Assembly: GCA_964575955.1 (NCBI GenBank)
Contig: CAZNTG010000006.1
Span: forward strand, 557,364-621,363
From: an uncultured Thermoproteaceae archaeon
GTDB taxonomy: Archaea; Thermoproteota; Thermoprotei; Thermoproteales; Thermocladiaceae
Direction of reading: 5' to 3'
DNA: 64,000 bases
Each line of letters opens with the position of its first letter. Within the stretch, counting starts at the first letter, position 1. Below the pieces are notes generated by a model, which worked only from the letters and a program-made list of their open reading frames with translations, did not search any database and was not told the origin of the DNA. Below are positions 32,725 to 41,835 of the stretch, piece after piece. The position numbers and the translations under genes are program-made.

Positions 32725-32743
32725 AGATGGCTCGCATATCTGA
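32695..32743 (+). ncRNA. C/D-box guide sRNA
   Basis: GTGATGA-AGTTCTCGAGTA-CTGA-AAG-ATGAAGA-TGGCTCGCATAT-CTGA; box C' supplies the stop codon of the overlapping ORF. Confidence 0.92.
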
Positions 32744-32745
32744 AA

Positions 32746-32793
32746 TCAGCTTAGCCCAGCTCTTCACTAATCCGACCTTACAAGCTTCATCAC
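32746..32793 (-). ncRNA. C/D-box guide sRNA (predicted tRNA targets)
   Basis: GTGATGA-AGCTTGTAAGGT-CGGA-TTA-GTGAAGA-GCTGGGCTAAG-CTGA; guides complementary to CCTTACAAGC (tRNA-Val UAC anticodon arm-like) and TAGCCCAGC (D-arm-like). Confidence 0.88.
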
Positions 32794-32916
32794 ACACATA
32801 AACACTCAAACCATACTTAAAAGCTTGCTTTAAAATAGGTGTGATATTTCTCAATTTCCTACTTAGTGAGAGATATCGAGGCTTGACTAGTAAGTGATGT
32901 GTCTAGTATTGGTTAA

Positions 32917-33420
32917 CTATGCATACTTATATACTCTTACTCTATCCTTAATTCTAGACTTTTCAGTATACTCAGGATATAGGAAGTATATTAATGCTAT
33001 TAAGTCCCATAATCTCATACTTGCGTATTTCCGTATATCATTTAGTAATCTAAAACCTTCTTCAATTTCCTGAAGTTTAGATATCATCTCCTTAACCTTA
33101 AACATGCCCTTATCTGTAAGTATAATATACTTTATTATTCCTGTATCTTTATCACTCTCTCTGTATCTTTCAATCTCATGCACTTCAACAAGTCCCTCAC
33201 TCACAAGTTCGTTAAGTTCATTAGAAACATCCTTAAAGTATGGACCGTAAGGGCCAGGTTCAGGTTCAGGAATATTTTTCAATAATCGTTTAAATAACAT
33301 CTTAATGATAAATAAAACCTTATGAAGCCTAGTAACTAAACAGGATCCAGCTCTACCATAATCACTAGAGTAGTATGTTACAAATAAGATTAAATCTTTT
33401 AATGTGAGTTCTATCTTCAT
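32917..33420 (-). CDS. Panacea/SocA (DUF4065)-like antitoxin-domain protein
   Basis: TRLHKVLF and GPYGPY motifs, wHTH body, C-terminal YPEYTEKS.I. Confidence 0.7.
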   Translation of the reverse strand: MKIELTLKDLILFVTYYSSDYGRAGSCLVTRLHKVLFIIKMLFKRLLKNIPEPEPGPYGPYFKDVSNELNELVSEGLVEVHEIERYRESDKDTGIIKYIILTDKGMFKVKEMISKLQEIEEGFRLLNDIRKYASMRLWDLIALIYFLYPEYTEKSRIKDRVRVYKYA

Positions 33421-33528
33421 CTACTGTTTCTAATAGCTTATATCGTCCTATAAAGTGTTATTGTTTAACTTTCAATTCCCTAATCTGAGAGGTATGTCCC
33501 ATTAAACTATCTTCATACATTTCCTGTT

Positions 33529-33578
33529 TCAGTTGGGTAGAGGTTTCTTCATTGTTCTGTTGAGGACCACTTCATCAC
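33529..33578 (-). ncRNA. C/D-box guide sRNA (predicted 16S central-domain targets)
   Basis: GTGATGA-AGTGGTCCTCAA-CAGA-ACA-ATGAAGA-AACCTCTACCCAA-CTGA; D' guide complementary to GAGGACCAC. Confidence 0.9.
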
Positions 33579-33616
33579 CATGTTTATAAATTGTTGTTTG
33601 GTAGATAATTATTGCT

Positions 33617-35083
33617 GTGGGTAGTGTTGAGGTTAGGATTTACAATACGTTGAGTAGGAGGATTGAGGTGTTTAAGCCTATTCAGGAGGGTGTTGTTAAG
33701 GGTTATGTTTGTGGTCCGACACCGTATGATTCTATGCATGTTGGTCATGCTAGGACATACTCGTTTTTTGATACGTTTAAGAAGTTTTTGAAGTATGTTG
33801 GTTATAGTGTTATACTTGTTATAAATTTTACAGATATAGATGATAAGATTATTAATAGGGCTAGAGAGGAGTTTGGTAGTGAATCATACTATAGGTGGCA
33901 TGAGATTCCTGAGAGGTATATTAGAGAGTATTTTGAAATTTGTAGAGAGTTAAATATAGAAGATGCTGAGTATTATCCAAAAGTTACTGAACATATTCAA
34001 GATATGATTAATACAATAAAACTTCTAGTAGATAGAGAGTATGCATATGTAGCTCCTGATGGATCTATATACTTCGATATTACTAAAATACCTGAATATG
34101 GAAAATTGTCAGGTCAGGAGATAGATAAGCTCATAGCAGGTGCTAGAGTTGAACCTGAACCAGGAAAGAGAAATCCTCTAGATTTCGCAATTTGGAAATC
34201 TTGGAAACCAGGAGAACCATGGTGGTCATCACCATGGTGTCCAGGAAGACCAGGATGGCATCTTGAGTGTGTTGTAATGTCATCAAAGTATCTTGGAGTA
34301 CCTTTCGACTTTCATGGTGGTGGTCTAGATCTAGTATTTCCACATCATGAAAATGAACTAGCAATAGCAAAAGCACTATATGGAAAATATGAACTAGCTA
34401 GATATTGGATACATGTTGGACTAGTAACTATACGTGGTGAAAAGATGAGTAAATCTTTGAAAAACATAATACCTGTACATGAAGTATTGAAGAAGTATAG
34501 TGGTGAAGCATTAAGACTATACTACTCAATGACACACTATAGAAAACCACTAGACTTCTCATTTGAAGGACTATCAGACACAGAACAACTATTAAAAACA
34601 ATATATGCAGCACATGACTACACAATACAAATATTGAAAGATGCTAAAGATGAAGAAGCAGAACTAGATGAAGAAATTAGAAGAGAAGTAGACAATATTG
34701 AGAAGAGATTCATAAACGCACTTGCAGATGATATGGATACTCCAAGAGCAGTTTCAGAACTTATAAATCTATCAAAATTAATAACATCAAAACTAATATA
34801 CATACCTGAAAAAGTTAGTAAAAAAACAGTACTACACGTCAGAAACAAGTTAATAAGTCTAGGAAATATCCTAGGAATATTATATAGAACAGAAATACCT
34901 AAAATAGTTATAGACACTATAGAACTAATAATTGATGTTAGACAGAACTTAAGAAAGAACAAGATGTATGAAATTGCAGATATGATTAGAAGTAAATTAA
35001 CAGAACTAGGAATTATAGTTACAGATACTAGAGTAAGAACATATTGGACTTTAGATAGATCTAGAATGAAAATACATGGTTGA
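33617..35083 (+). CDS. cysS: Cysteinyl-tRNA synthetase
   Basis: CGPT, HVGH, GRPGWHLEC, FPHHENE, KMSKS. Confidence 0.98.
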   Translation: MGSVEVRIYNTLSRRIEVFKPIQEGVVKGYVCGPTPYDSMHVGHARTYSFFDTFKKFLKYVGYSVILVINFTDIDDKIINRAREEFGSESYYRWHEIPERYIREYFEICRELNIEDAEYYPKVTEHIQDMINTIKLLVDREYAYVAPDGSIYFDITKIPEYGKLSGQEIDKLIAGARVEPEPGKRNPLDFAIWKSWKPGEPWWSSPWCPGRPGWHLECVVMSSKYLGVPFDFHGGGLDLVFPHHENELAIAKALYGKYELARYWIHVGLVTIRGEKMSKSLKNIIPVHEVLKKYSGEALRLYYSMTHYRKPLDFSFEGLSDTEQLLKTIYAAHDYTIQILKDAKDEEAELDEEIRREVDNIEKRFINALADDMDTPRAVSELINLSKLITSKLIYIPEKVSKKTVLHVRNKLISLGNILGILYRTEIPKIVIDTIELIIDVRQNLRKNKMYEIADMIRSKLTELGIIVTDTRVRTYWTLDRSRMKIHG

Positions 35084-36290
35084 ACTACTACCAGTAGTAC
35101 ATAATGGAAAGATTGACAAATATATAGCTACACAGTATGATATAACAGTAATAACATCAGAAAAATTAACAAACACAAAAATATACCTATGGTATATAGA
35201 TAAAGCTATAGATATAACAGATAAAGTTATATCACAAAACTTCAATATAATAGTAAACAACTACACATTCAACCCTGAAAATTGGATAGAAATATTAACA
35301 CTATGCAACTTCTACACAATTGAAGATGTTGAAGATATTGTAAAAATTATAGAGAAAACCTCTAGAAAAGTTTTAGAAAATAAGAAAGTAGTATTATCAT
35401 ATAGTGGTGGTAAAGATAGTACAACAGCATTAATAGTATTGAAAAAGTTGAATAATTATATAAACTTTAAACTAAACATATGCTATACATATATGCCATA
35501 TCTAGAAGATGTTAATAATATAAAATTTATAGAGTATGTAGGTGAGAAGTTAGGTGTTAATATAGAAGTTCTAAGTCCTCCAAAGAGGATAGTATTAAAA
35601 TTCTTAAAGAAATATGGATTACCGTATAGAAGATTTAGATGGTGTACATATCTAAAAGTTAGACCATTAAGAGAATTTTGTAAGAAAAATAGTATAGAGA
35701 TATATGCTGTTGGAGATAGAGCAACTGAATGTGAGAAAAGATGGCAAAGATTGAGTGAATATATACTAAGCCTGAAATTTATATCTAAGAGAGAGTTTAG
35801 ACCAATATACACATTAACACTACTCGACGTTATTAAAATATGTAAGAAGTATGAGACTGTAAATCCTCAATATATTGAAGGATTAACAAGAGTTTCATGT
35901 ATTTTATGTCCATATAAGTCACTACCTGAAATATATATTCAAAATATTGATAATGTTGAAGATCCAGGACTCATAGAGACAATATTGAGAAGAGAATTCT
36001 ACAAATGGTACAGTGATAAAGGTATTGAATATGTAGATTTTAGAGATTATCATCTATGGAGATTTGTACCAAATATAGCTAAGATGTTTATAAAAGTTAG
36101 AGGTATATTAAGAGAAGATGAGCATGAATATATAAGTTTAGAAGATTTTAGGAAGATGTACTCATCAATATGGCTAAATAGAGATCCAGAATTAAAAATT
36201 ATAAAATTTGACGAAATGTTAAATAAATTAAGAAGATTTAAACTAAGAGATCTACTCACCTACGCTCAGAGAGAAACCGTTAAAAACTAA
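35076..36290 (+). CDS. PAPS-reductase-family PP-loop protein
   Basis: SYSGGKDS, RWCT, RVSCILCP. Confidence 0.85.
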   Translation: MVELLPVVHNGKIDKYIATQYDITVITSEKLTNTKIYLWYIDKAIDITDKVISQNFNIIVNNYTFNPENWIEILTLCNFYTIEDVEDIVKIIEKTSRKVLENKKVVLSYSGGKDSTTALIVLKKLNNYINFKLNICYTYMPYLEDVNNIKFIEYVGEKLGVNIEVLSPPKRIVLKFLKKYGLPYRRFRWCTYLKVRPLREFCKKNSIEIYAVGDRATECEKRWQRLSEYILSLKFISKREFRPIYTLTLLDVIKICKKYETVNPQYIEGLTRVSCILCPYKSLPEIYIQNIDNVEDPGLIETILRREFYKWYSDKGIEYVDFRDYHLWRFVPNIAKMFIKVRGILREDEHEYISLEDFRKMYSSIWLNRDPELKIIKFDEMLNKLRRFKLRDLLTYAQRETVKN

Positions 36291-36314
36291 CTTAATTAGA
36301 CTATCATCAAGAGA

Positions 36315-36393
36315 GCCGCCGTAGCTCAGCCTGGGTGAGAGCGCCCGGCTCATAACCGGGAGGTCCCGGGTTCAAATCCCGGCGGCGGCACCA
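36315..36393 (+). tRNA. tRNA-Met(CAT), elongator type, intronless, encoded CCA
   Basis: Cloverleaf GCCGCCG...CCCGG-CTCATAA-CCGGG...GGTTCAAATCC...CGGCGGC-ACCA. Confidence 0.93.
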
Positions 36394-36395
36394 AT

Positions 36396-37499
36396 CTAGA
36401 ATCCCTCTAATATGCTTCTAACATTGTAATTTGATAGTTCAACATCTCCCATAATGTACTTTAACTCTCCTGGATTTACAATTGGTACATGAAATCTATC
36501 TAGATCGTCAAATCCCAATCTTGGACACATTGTATTTATAAATAGTGATTCTCTATATGAACATAGTGTTTCTATATTTACATCATCCATCTCTAATATA
36601 CATGTTGAGTAACGTTGAGATAAGTCTTTGAAAATTCTATATGCAGTTTCAATATTTCTTTGACCTAATTTTTGAGATATTAATATTATAGCATTGTTAA
36701 AATTCTTGAATTCTGTCAATATTTTAAGTTTTGTCAATATTAATCTCCTCAATATTCTCTCTATGTGATCTTTAGGTATTTTATAGAATTTTGATATATC
36801 TATACAATGTAGACAATCTAGAGGGTAATTGTAGAGTATTGGTGTTAGAAAATGAAAATATCCTTCAGAAATTATGACAATATCTCTATTCGATATCTTA
36901 GGCATATAACATCCTGTTAAATATTTAAACTCACAATCAAGTTTTTCTGATATGTATGATGCATAGTCTCTATACTGTGGAGCACATAGAACTACAATAT
37001 CTTTACTATTCTTAATCTTCTCTATAACACTATCAATCTTATGTATATCATTGTTAGAAACTTTGTAGTATATGTATGAGAATACTATCTTACTTTCAAA
37101 ATTTCTATCATATATCTCTAGTATTGATATATTATCAATATTGTAATATCTTAACTTATCGACATTTCTAGATATTGCATTTAGTATATTTGGAGGTATG
37201 AAATGTCCTAAATGTATTATAGTGTCATATCTATACAACATGTCTAGAGTTATGTCACATGGACCCCAGCAAGATCTGCCTGATAAGATGATATTTTTTC
37301 CAAGTTTTTTAGATATGTAATTACATACTTTTCTAGCAATATCTTTCCAACCTAGTGGAATATCTATTAGTATATTTCTCGATTTTTCACACTGTTCAAG
37401 TATTATATCTATATCTTCTATGTATAGAACTCTATCTCCAATTTTCAACTCTAGCATAGATATACATATCAGATCTAGTACATAATTAATATCTATCAA
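36396..37499 (-). CDS. dph2: Diphthamide synthesis protein Dph2
   Basis: GRSCWGPCD, IHLGH, TGC, KLGQ, NTMCPRL (three Fe-S Cys). Confidence 0.82.
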   Translation of the reverse strand: MIDINYVLDLICISMLELKIGDRVLYIEDIDIILEQCEKSRNILIDIPLGWKDIARKVCNYISKKLGKNIILSGRSCWGPCDITLDMLYRYDTIIHLGHFIPPNILNAISRNVDKLRYYNIDNISILEIYDRNFESKIVFSYIYYKVSNNDIHKIDSVIEKIKNSKDIVVLCAPQYRDYASYISEKLDCEFKYLTGCYMPKISNRDIVIISEGYFHFLTPILYNYPLDCLHCIDISKFYKIPKDHIERILRRLILTKLKILTEFKNFNNAIILISQKLGQRNIETAYRIFKDLSQRYSTCILEMDDVNIETLCSYRESLFINTMCPRLGFDDLDRFHVPIVNPGELKYIMGDVELSNYNVRSILEGF

Positions 37500-37505
37500 T
37501 AGGGT

Positions 37506-38567
37506 ATGAGTGAACTTGAATGGGTTGATAAGTACTTTCCTAAAGATGATATTGCTAAATGTGTAGGTACTTACATCGCATTACTAGTATTGAGATTTGA
37601 GAGAAGAAATAATTATGAAAAGATTATAAATATCGATGAACTACTTCAATCAATAAAATTAAACTTAACACTATTACTTGGATCTTCAGCAGCATATAGA
37701 GCATATATTTCAGGAAGAGAATTTATAGAAGAACTTTTTAATAAGATACCTGAAGCTTTACAAGCATCTGTAAGATTTAGAATTTTAGAATATATAGAAT
37801 CTAGACATTATGCAACCATTAGAAAAAACTACCTATACCTTGTTGAAAATGAAATTTCGAAAATATCACCAACATCTAGATATATACTGTATAGAATTTT
37901 AAATGATTTAAAATATGGAAAAATACCTGTAATAGATAGAACATGTGCAGGATCATGCTATGTGTCTCGATTAGACATATCTTCAAGATATGTGAAGGGA
38001 ACTGTAGAAAGTTTAAATGAACTTATAGATGATTTCGCAAAAGTTGGAATAATTAAACCAAACTATCTTAGAATGATAATACCAGCACCATTGCTAGAAG
38101 ATTACTATATTAGAAAACTTCTAGGTAGTAAGACTACGAAAGATTTAATATCTACAATAGATTCAATATTAAAAACATTTGGATACTATCAGGTAGATAT
38201 TGGAAATATAGACTTAGGTAATAGAGAAGTTTTGAAGATTGTATATGAGAAGAAGCTTCAAGATAATACTAAGGTAAAGTTTGAAGTTTACTACTCTAAA
38301 TATCCAATATCTAGAAGTGATATAGATAAGATATTTCAAGAATCTAGAGGTAGTGTTATTAGAATATTAATATATGAGTATGATATTGATGAAGAAGTTA
38401 AGAAGATTTTGAGAGAAGTTGGTATAATACCTATACAGTCATCAGGTAGAGAAATTGATAAGTATGTTGTTGAGAGAATTGTAAACTCTATACTTGACAT
38501 AACATCACTATCATATATAGCACAGTTGAAACATACACTACTAGAGATCTTAGAATTATTATACTAG
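37506..38567 (+). CDS. Hypothetical protein
   Basis: 353-aa ORF; C-terminal alpha/beta region faintly restriction-endonuclease-like. Confidence 0.55.
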   Translation: MSELEWVDKYFPKDDIAKCVGTYIALLVLRFERRNNYEKIINIDELLQSIKLNLTLLLGSSAAYRAYISGREFIEELFNKIPEALQASVRFRILEYIESRHYATIRKNYLYLVENEISKISPTSRYILYRILNDLKYGKIPVIDRTCAGSCYVSRLDISSRYVKGTVESLNELIDDFAKVGIIKPNYLRMIIPAPLLEDYYIRKLLGSKTTKDLISTIDSILKTFGYYQVDIGNIDLGNREVLKIVYEKKLQDNTKVKFEVYYSKYPISRSDIDKIFQESRGSVIRILIYEYDIDEEVKKILREVGIIPIQSSGREIDKYVVERIVNSILDITSLSYIAQLKHTLLEILELLY

Positions 38568-38569
38568 CA

Positions 38570-38630
38570 TGGGGGGAGCAAGGGGATGGGCTCTCTCATA
38601 GACCCTCACACGAGGGTCTCAGAGCCCCAT
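38570..38630 (-). ncRNA. K-turn hairpin sRNA with 3' tail antisense to 16S rRNA (atypical pseudouridylation-guide-like), copy 2
   Basis: GGGCTCT-GA-GACCCTC-gtgt-GAGGGTC-TAT-GA-G-AGAGCCC then ATCCCCTTGCTCCCCCC; TTTTAAA about 20 nt upstream. Confidence 0.75.
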
Positions 38631-38666
38631 TAACATAGTGTTTGTAGGTTTAAAAATGTTTAAAGA

Positions 38667-38727
38667 TGTGGGGATTAGATACCCCATAGCCCCTTCATAG
38701 ACCCATAGACTGGGTCTCTGGGGCTGT
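38667..38727 (-). ncRNA. K-turn hairpin sRNA with 3' tail antisense to 16S rRNA (atypical pseudouridylation-guide-like), copy 1
   Basis: AGCCCC-AGA-GACCCA-gtcta-TGGGTC-TAT-GAA-GGGGCT then GGGGTATCTAATCCCC-ACA; TATTAAAA upstream. Confidence 0.8.
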
Positions 38728-38762
38728 TTATAGATTTTTACAGAACTTTTTAATACTTTGTA

Positions 38763-39035
38763 CTATACCTCACCTTCCTCAGATGGTGCTACCTCTGCAA
38801 CAGCGTAGTTTCTACCTATCCTCTTAATCTTCACTCTAACTCTATCTCCAGGTTTTGTATTTGGTACAAATATTATGAAACCACGTATCCTAGCTATACC
38901 ATCACCTCTACGTGAGAGCTCTACAATCTCCACATCTATGACATCTCCAACATTTACAGGACTTCGCCTAAATCCACCTCTATTTCCAGACCTATATCCT
39001 GATCCTCTTCTACCACCTTTTGAAGACCTATACAT
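38763..39035 (-). CDS. Single-TRAM-domain RNA chaperone with Gly/Arg-rich N-terminus
   Basis: PV.VGD..DVEI...SRRGDGIARI.GFIIFVP.TKPGD. Confidence 0.92.
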   Translation of the reverse strand: MYRSSKGGRRGSGYRSGNRGGFRRSPVNVGDVIDVEIVELSRRGDGIARIRGFIIFVPNTKPGDRVRVKIKRIGRNYAVAEVAPSEEGEV

Positions 39036-39179
39036 TTTTCTCCCGTTCTGAACGATAGTCTCAGAACTCTCTAATATATGTCACATGAGAGATACTCAGT
39101 ATTGATTATTCAAGAAACATACTTAAACCCTAGACTAGAGAGTAAGGTTTATAAAACAATGCTAAAACTCACTTAGCGA

Positions 39180-39275
39180 GGGCCCGTAGCTCAGCCTGGT
39201 TAGAGCGGCGGGCTTTTAACCCGTGTGGGGGAGGAGACCCGTAGGTCCCGGGTTCAAATCCCGGCGGGCCCGCCA
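39180..39275 (+). tRNA. tRNA-Lys(TTT) with 18-nt intron (39219-39236, position 37/38)
   Basis: Cloverleaf after intron removal; BHB with CTTT/GAGG helix, TAA and AGA bulges, CCC/GGG intron stem; encoded CCA. Confidence 0.93.
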
Positions 39276-39312
39276 TAGAAGAAGACAACGAGAACCGATG
39301 TCTCCTCTTCTC

Positions 39313-40731
39313 TTATAATTTCTTGAGTATTAGTTGTGTATGTGTTGATTGTACTCCCTTTACTTCTCTTATTGTTTCTACGATGTTGTTTAGTTCTTGT
39401 TGATCTTTGACTGATATTTTGACTATGATGTCGTATTCTCCTGTTACTTCCATAACTTCTACAACTCCAGGTATTGATGCTATTCTTCTAGCTATGGATG
39501 TTGTGTATATGTTTGATTCACATTTTACCCATACTAATGCTTCTAGATTTTCTGGTGGTTTTAGTAGTACTCTTCTTCCTGTTACTTCTTCAACTAGTTC
39601 TAGTAGGTCTTCATCTCTCCACGATCTTGTACTTGATTTCTCTTTTATCTTTCTAACAATTATTTCAAGTTCTTGATCTGATACTTCAATTCCAAGTCTT
39701 TCAAGTCTTGCTTTTACAGCTTTCTTACCTGTATACTTGTCTATAACCCAGTCACGTGTTCTTCCTATAAGTTCAGGTGGGTATGGTTCGTATGTTTGTG
39801 GATTTGATAATACACCTGCAACATGTACACCTGCCTTATGTGTAAATGCGTTATCTCCAACTACAGGTGCGTGTGGTGGTAATACTATTCCTGTGTATTT
39901 TTCTACAAGTTTTGAAAGTTCTACAATCTTCTTAAGATCTACAGTATCTATATTGTAGTGTACTTTCAATGCTACAGCAACTTCCTGTAGACTAGCAATT
40001 CCACATCTCTCACCAATACCATTAACAGTTACGTGAATTGCAGATGCACCTCCCTCAAATGCTGCTAGACTATTAGCTACAGCCATTCCAAGGTCATTAT
40101 GTGCATGTATGTCAAGTTCTATATTTGGAACTTCACTCTTAATCTTCTTGAAAAGCTCTTTTGCTTTAAATGGTGTTAATATACCTACAGTATCTGCAAT
40201 GCTTACCCTATCAGCACCAGCATCTCTAGCAGTTTTAACAACCTGAATTAGAAAATCTATATCAGTTCTAGAGGCATCTTCAGCAGTAAATCTAACTTTA
40301 ACACCGTGAGATTTTGCAAATTCTACATGTTCAGCAATTATTTGAAGTGCCTCTTCTCTAGTAACCTTATGCTTATACTTTAGATGTATATCACTAACTC
40401 CATAGAAAATTGCTATTCTATCAACTTCACACTCAGCAGCCTTCTCAATATCAGACTTAACAGCACGACAATGACCAATAATCTCAGCTTCAAAACCCTG
40501 CTTCGCAATAAGTTTAACAGCTTTCTCAATGTCAGGTGCGACAGCTGGATGTCCAGCCTCTATCATGTCAATACCAGCCTCATCAAGTTTTCTAGCAATC
40601 TCAAGTTTTTGATCAATAGTGAATGCAACACCTGGAGTCTGCTCACCTTCTCTCAAAGTAGTATCTACTAGGTATACTGGCTTTCTCACACTTGTCCTCT
40701 TATGCCTCGCCATGTGTGCATTATGAGACAA
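39313..40731 (-). CDS. Homocitrate synthase with C-terminal RAM (Lrp/AsnC ligand-binding) domain
   Basis: DTTLREGEQ, RFTAED, HAHND, GIGERCG, HKAGVH; EVTGEYDI RAM domain. Confidence 0.9.
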   Translation of the reverse strand: MSHNAHMARHKRTSVRKPVYLVDTTLREGEQTPGVAFTIDQKLEIARKLDEAGIDMIEAGHPAVAPDIEKAVKLIAKQGFEAEIIGHCRAVKSDIEKAAECEVDRIAIFYGVSDIHLKYKHKVTREEALQIIAEHVEFAKSHGVKVRFTAEDASRTDIDFLIQVVKTARDAGADRVSIADTVGILTPFKAKELFKKIKSEVPNIELDIHAHNDLGMAVANSLAAFEGGASAIHVTVNGIGERCGIASLQEVAVALKVHYNIDTVDLKKIVELSKLVEKYTGIVLPPHAPVVGDNAFTHKAGVHVAGVLSNPQTYEPYPPELIGRTRDWVIDKYTGKKAVKARLERLGIEVSDQELEIIVRKIKEKSSTRSWRDEDLLELVEEVTGRRVLLKPPENLEALVWVKCESNIYTTSIARRIASIPGVVEVMEVTGEYDIIVKISVKDQQELNNIVETIREVKGVQSTHTQLILKKL

Positions 40732-40802
40732 ATTATCTAAATATTAAGTATTGTCGACTTGAACAAAATTTAATAGTTAGAACATAATAGATAGGAAGGA
40801 AC

Positions 40803-41216
40803 ATGCCAGTAGATAGATCTAAAGTAAAACCTGCAGAAGCAGGATCATTAAAGGAGGGAAGCTACGTAGTCATAGATGATGAACCATGTAGAGTAGTTGA
40901 GATTGAGAAAAGTAAGACAGGAAAACATGGATCAGCTAAAGTTAGAATTGTAGGTATTGGAATATTTGATGGAGTTAAGAGAACAATGGTTGTACCATCA
41001 GACGCACAGGTTGAAGTTCCAATAGTTGAAAAATTTACAGCACAGATAATATCAATATCAGGAGATACAATACAGCTTATGGATCTTAGAGACTACTCAA
41101 CATTTGAATTAACGATGAATGAGGTAGAGGAAGAGGTTAAGGGAAAGTTAGAACCTGGAATTCAGGTAGAAGTTTGGGATATTGGTGGACGAAGAAAAAT
41201 AATGAGGACGAGATAG
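40803..41216 (+). CDS. eif5a: Translation factor aIF5A
   Basis: [10 protein letters not shown] hypusine loop. Confidence 0.98.
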   Translation: MPVDRSKVKPAEAGSLKEGSYVVIDDEPCRVVEIEKSKTGKHGSAKVRIVGIGIFDGVKRTMVVPSDAQVEVPIVEKFTAQIISISGDTIQLMDLRDYSTFELTMNEVEEEVKGKLEPGIQVEVWDIGGRRKIMRTR

Positions 41217-41222
41217 ACAAGT

Positions 41223-41810
41223 TTATACAAGTGCTGCAGAGTATGGACCACCAACGAAGAGATAATACTTCTCACCACCCTGCAATTCTCTCAATATTCT
41301 ATCAAGTATTAACTTTTCAGGATCTATACCAACACGCTTTCTAATATCTTCAAAACTTTCAAATGGTCTCTTCTTACGTTCTTCAAGTATTAACCATAGA
41401 GTCTTCTTACCAATACCTTTCAAGAGCTCTAGTGAGTGTAGTTTTAATGTTATTGGTCCTGCCTTATTGAAAAACTCTACAAATCTCTTCTCCTGCTTCT
41501 TAATTATCTCTACAAGAACTTTCTCAAGATTTGACTTAGCTTCCTCTGTTAAGTCTGAATATTTCAATCTTCTAACAATCTTATCTATCTTATCTCTCAC
41601 ACCAGGACCAATGTATACTCTCTCAAGTATCTGTACTTCAACTCCTGGCTTTACTGTAAGTTCTAGAAGTGTGAAGTATTGTTCACCTATTGCCTGTACA
41701 TAAGTCTCGTTTCTTGGAAATCCTCTACGAATTACCGTACTTTCTCTCAATACTACATGCTCTGGCGGTAATATGTCTAGTATATATGCATACTCTTCTT
41801 TTCTAGCCAT
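41223..41810 (-). CDS. DUF655 RNA-binding protein
   Basis: EEYAYILD, QAIGE.YFTLLE, LHSLELL.GIGKK; follows rpo4. Confidence 0.92.
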   Translation of the reverse strand: MARKEEYAYILDILPPEHVVLRESTVIRRGFPRNETYVQAIGEQYFTLLELTVKPGVEVQILERVYIGPGVRDKIDKIVRRLKYSDLTEEAKSNLEKVLVEIIKKQEKRFVEFFNKAGPITLKLHSLELLKGIGKKTLWLILEERKKRPFESFEDIRKRVGIDPEKLILDRILRELQGGEKYYLFVGGPYSAALV

Positions 41811-41835
41811 ACCTCACTGCCCAAGATAAGAATTC

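Noticed and set aside
33484-33516. Extra ATGAAGA...CAGA module downstream of a C/D sRNA
   Set aside because: The 22-nt spacing does not fit a guide unit and there are no internal boxes.
38570-38690. 16S rRNA gene fragment on the + strand
   Set aside because: The matches are only two short separate segments, each attached to a K-turn hairpin on the opposite strand, so they are better read as antisense guides.
39225-39242. Non-canonical variable-loop intron in tRNA-Lys
   Set aside because: The ACCCGT repeat makes the position ambiguous, but a valid BHB forms at the canonical 37/38 site.
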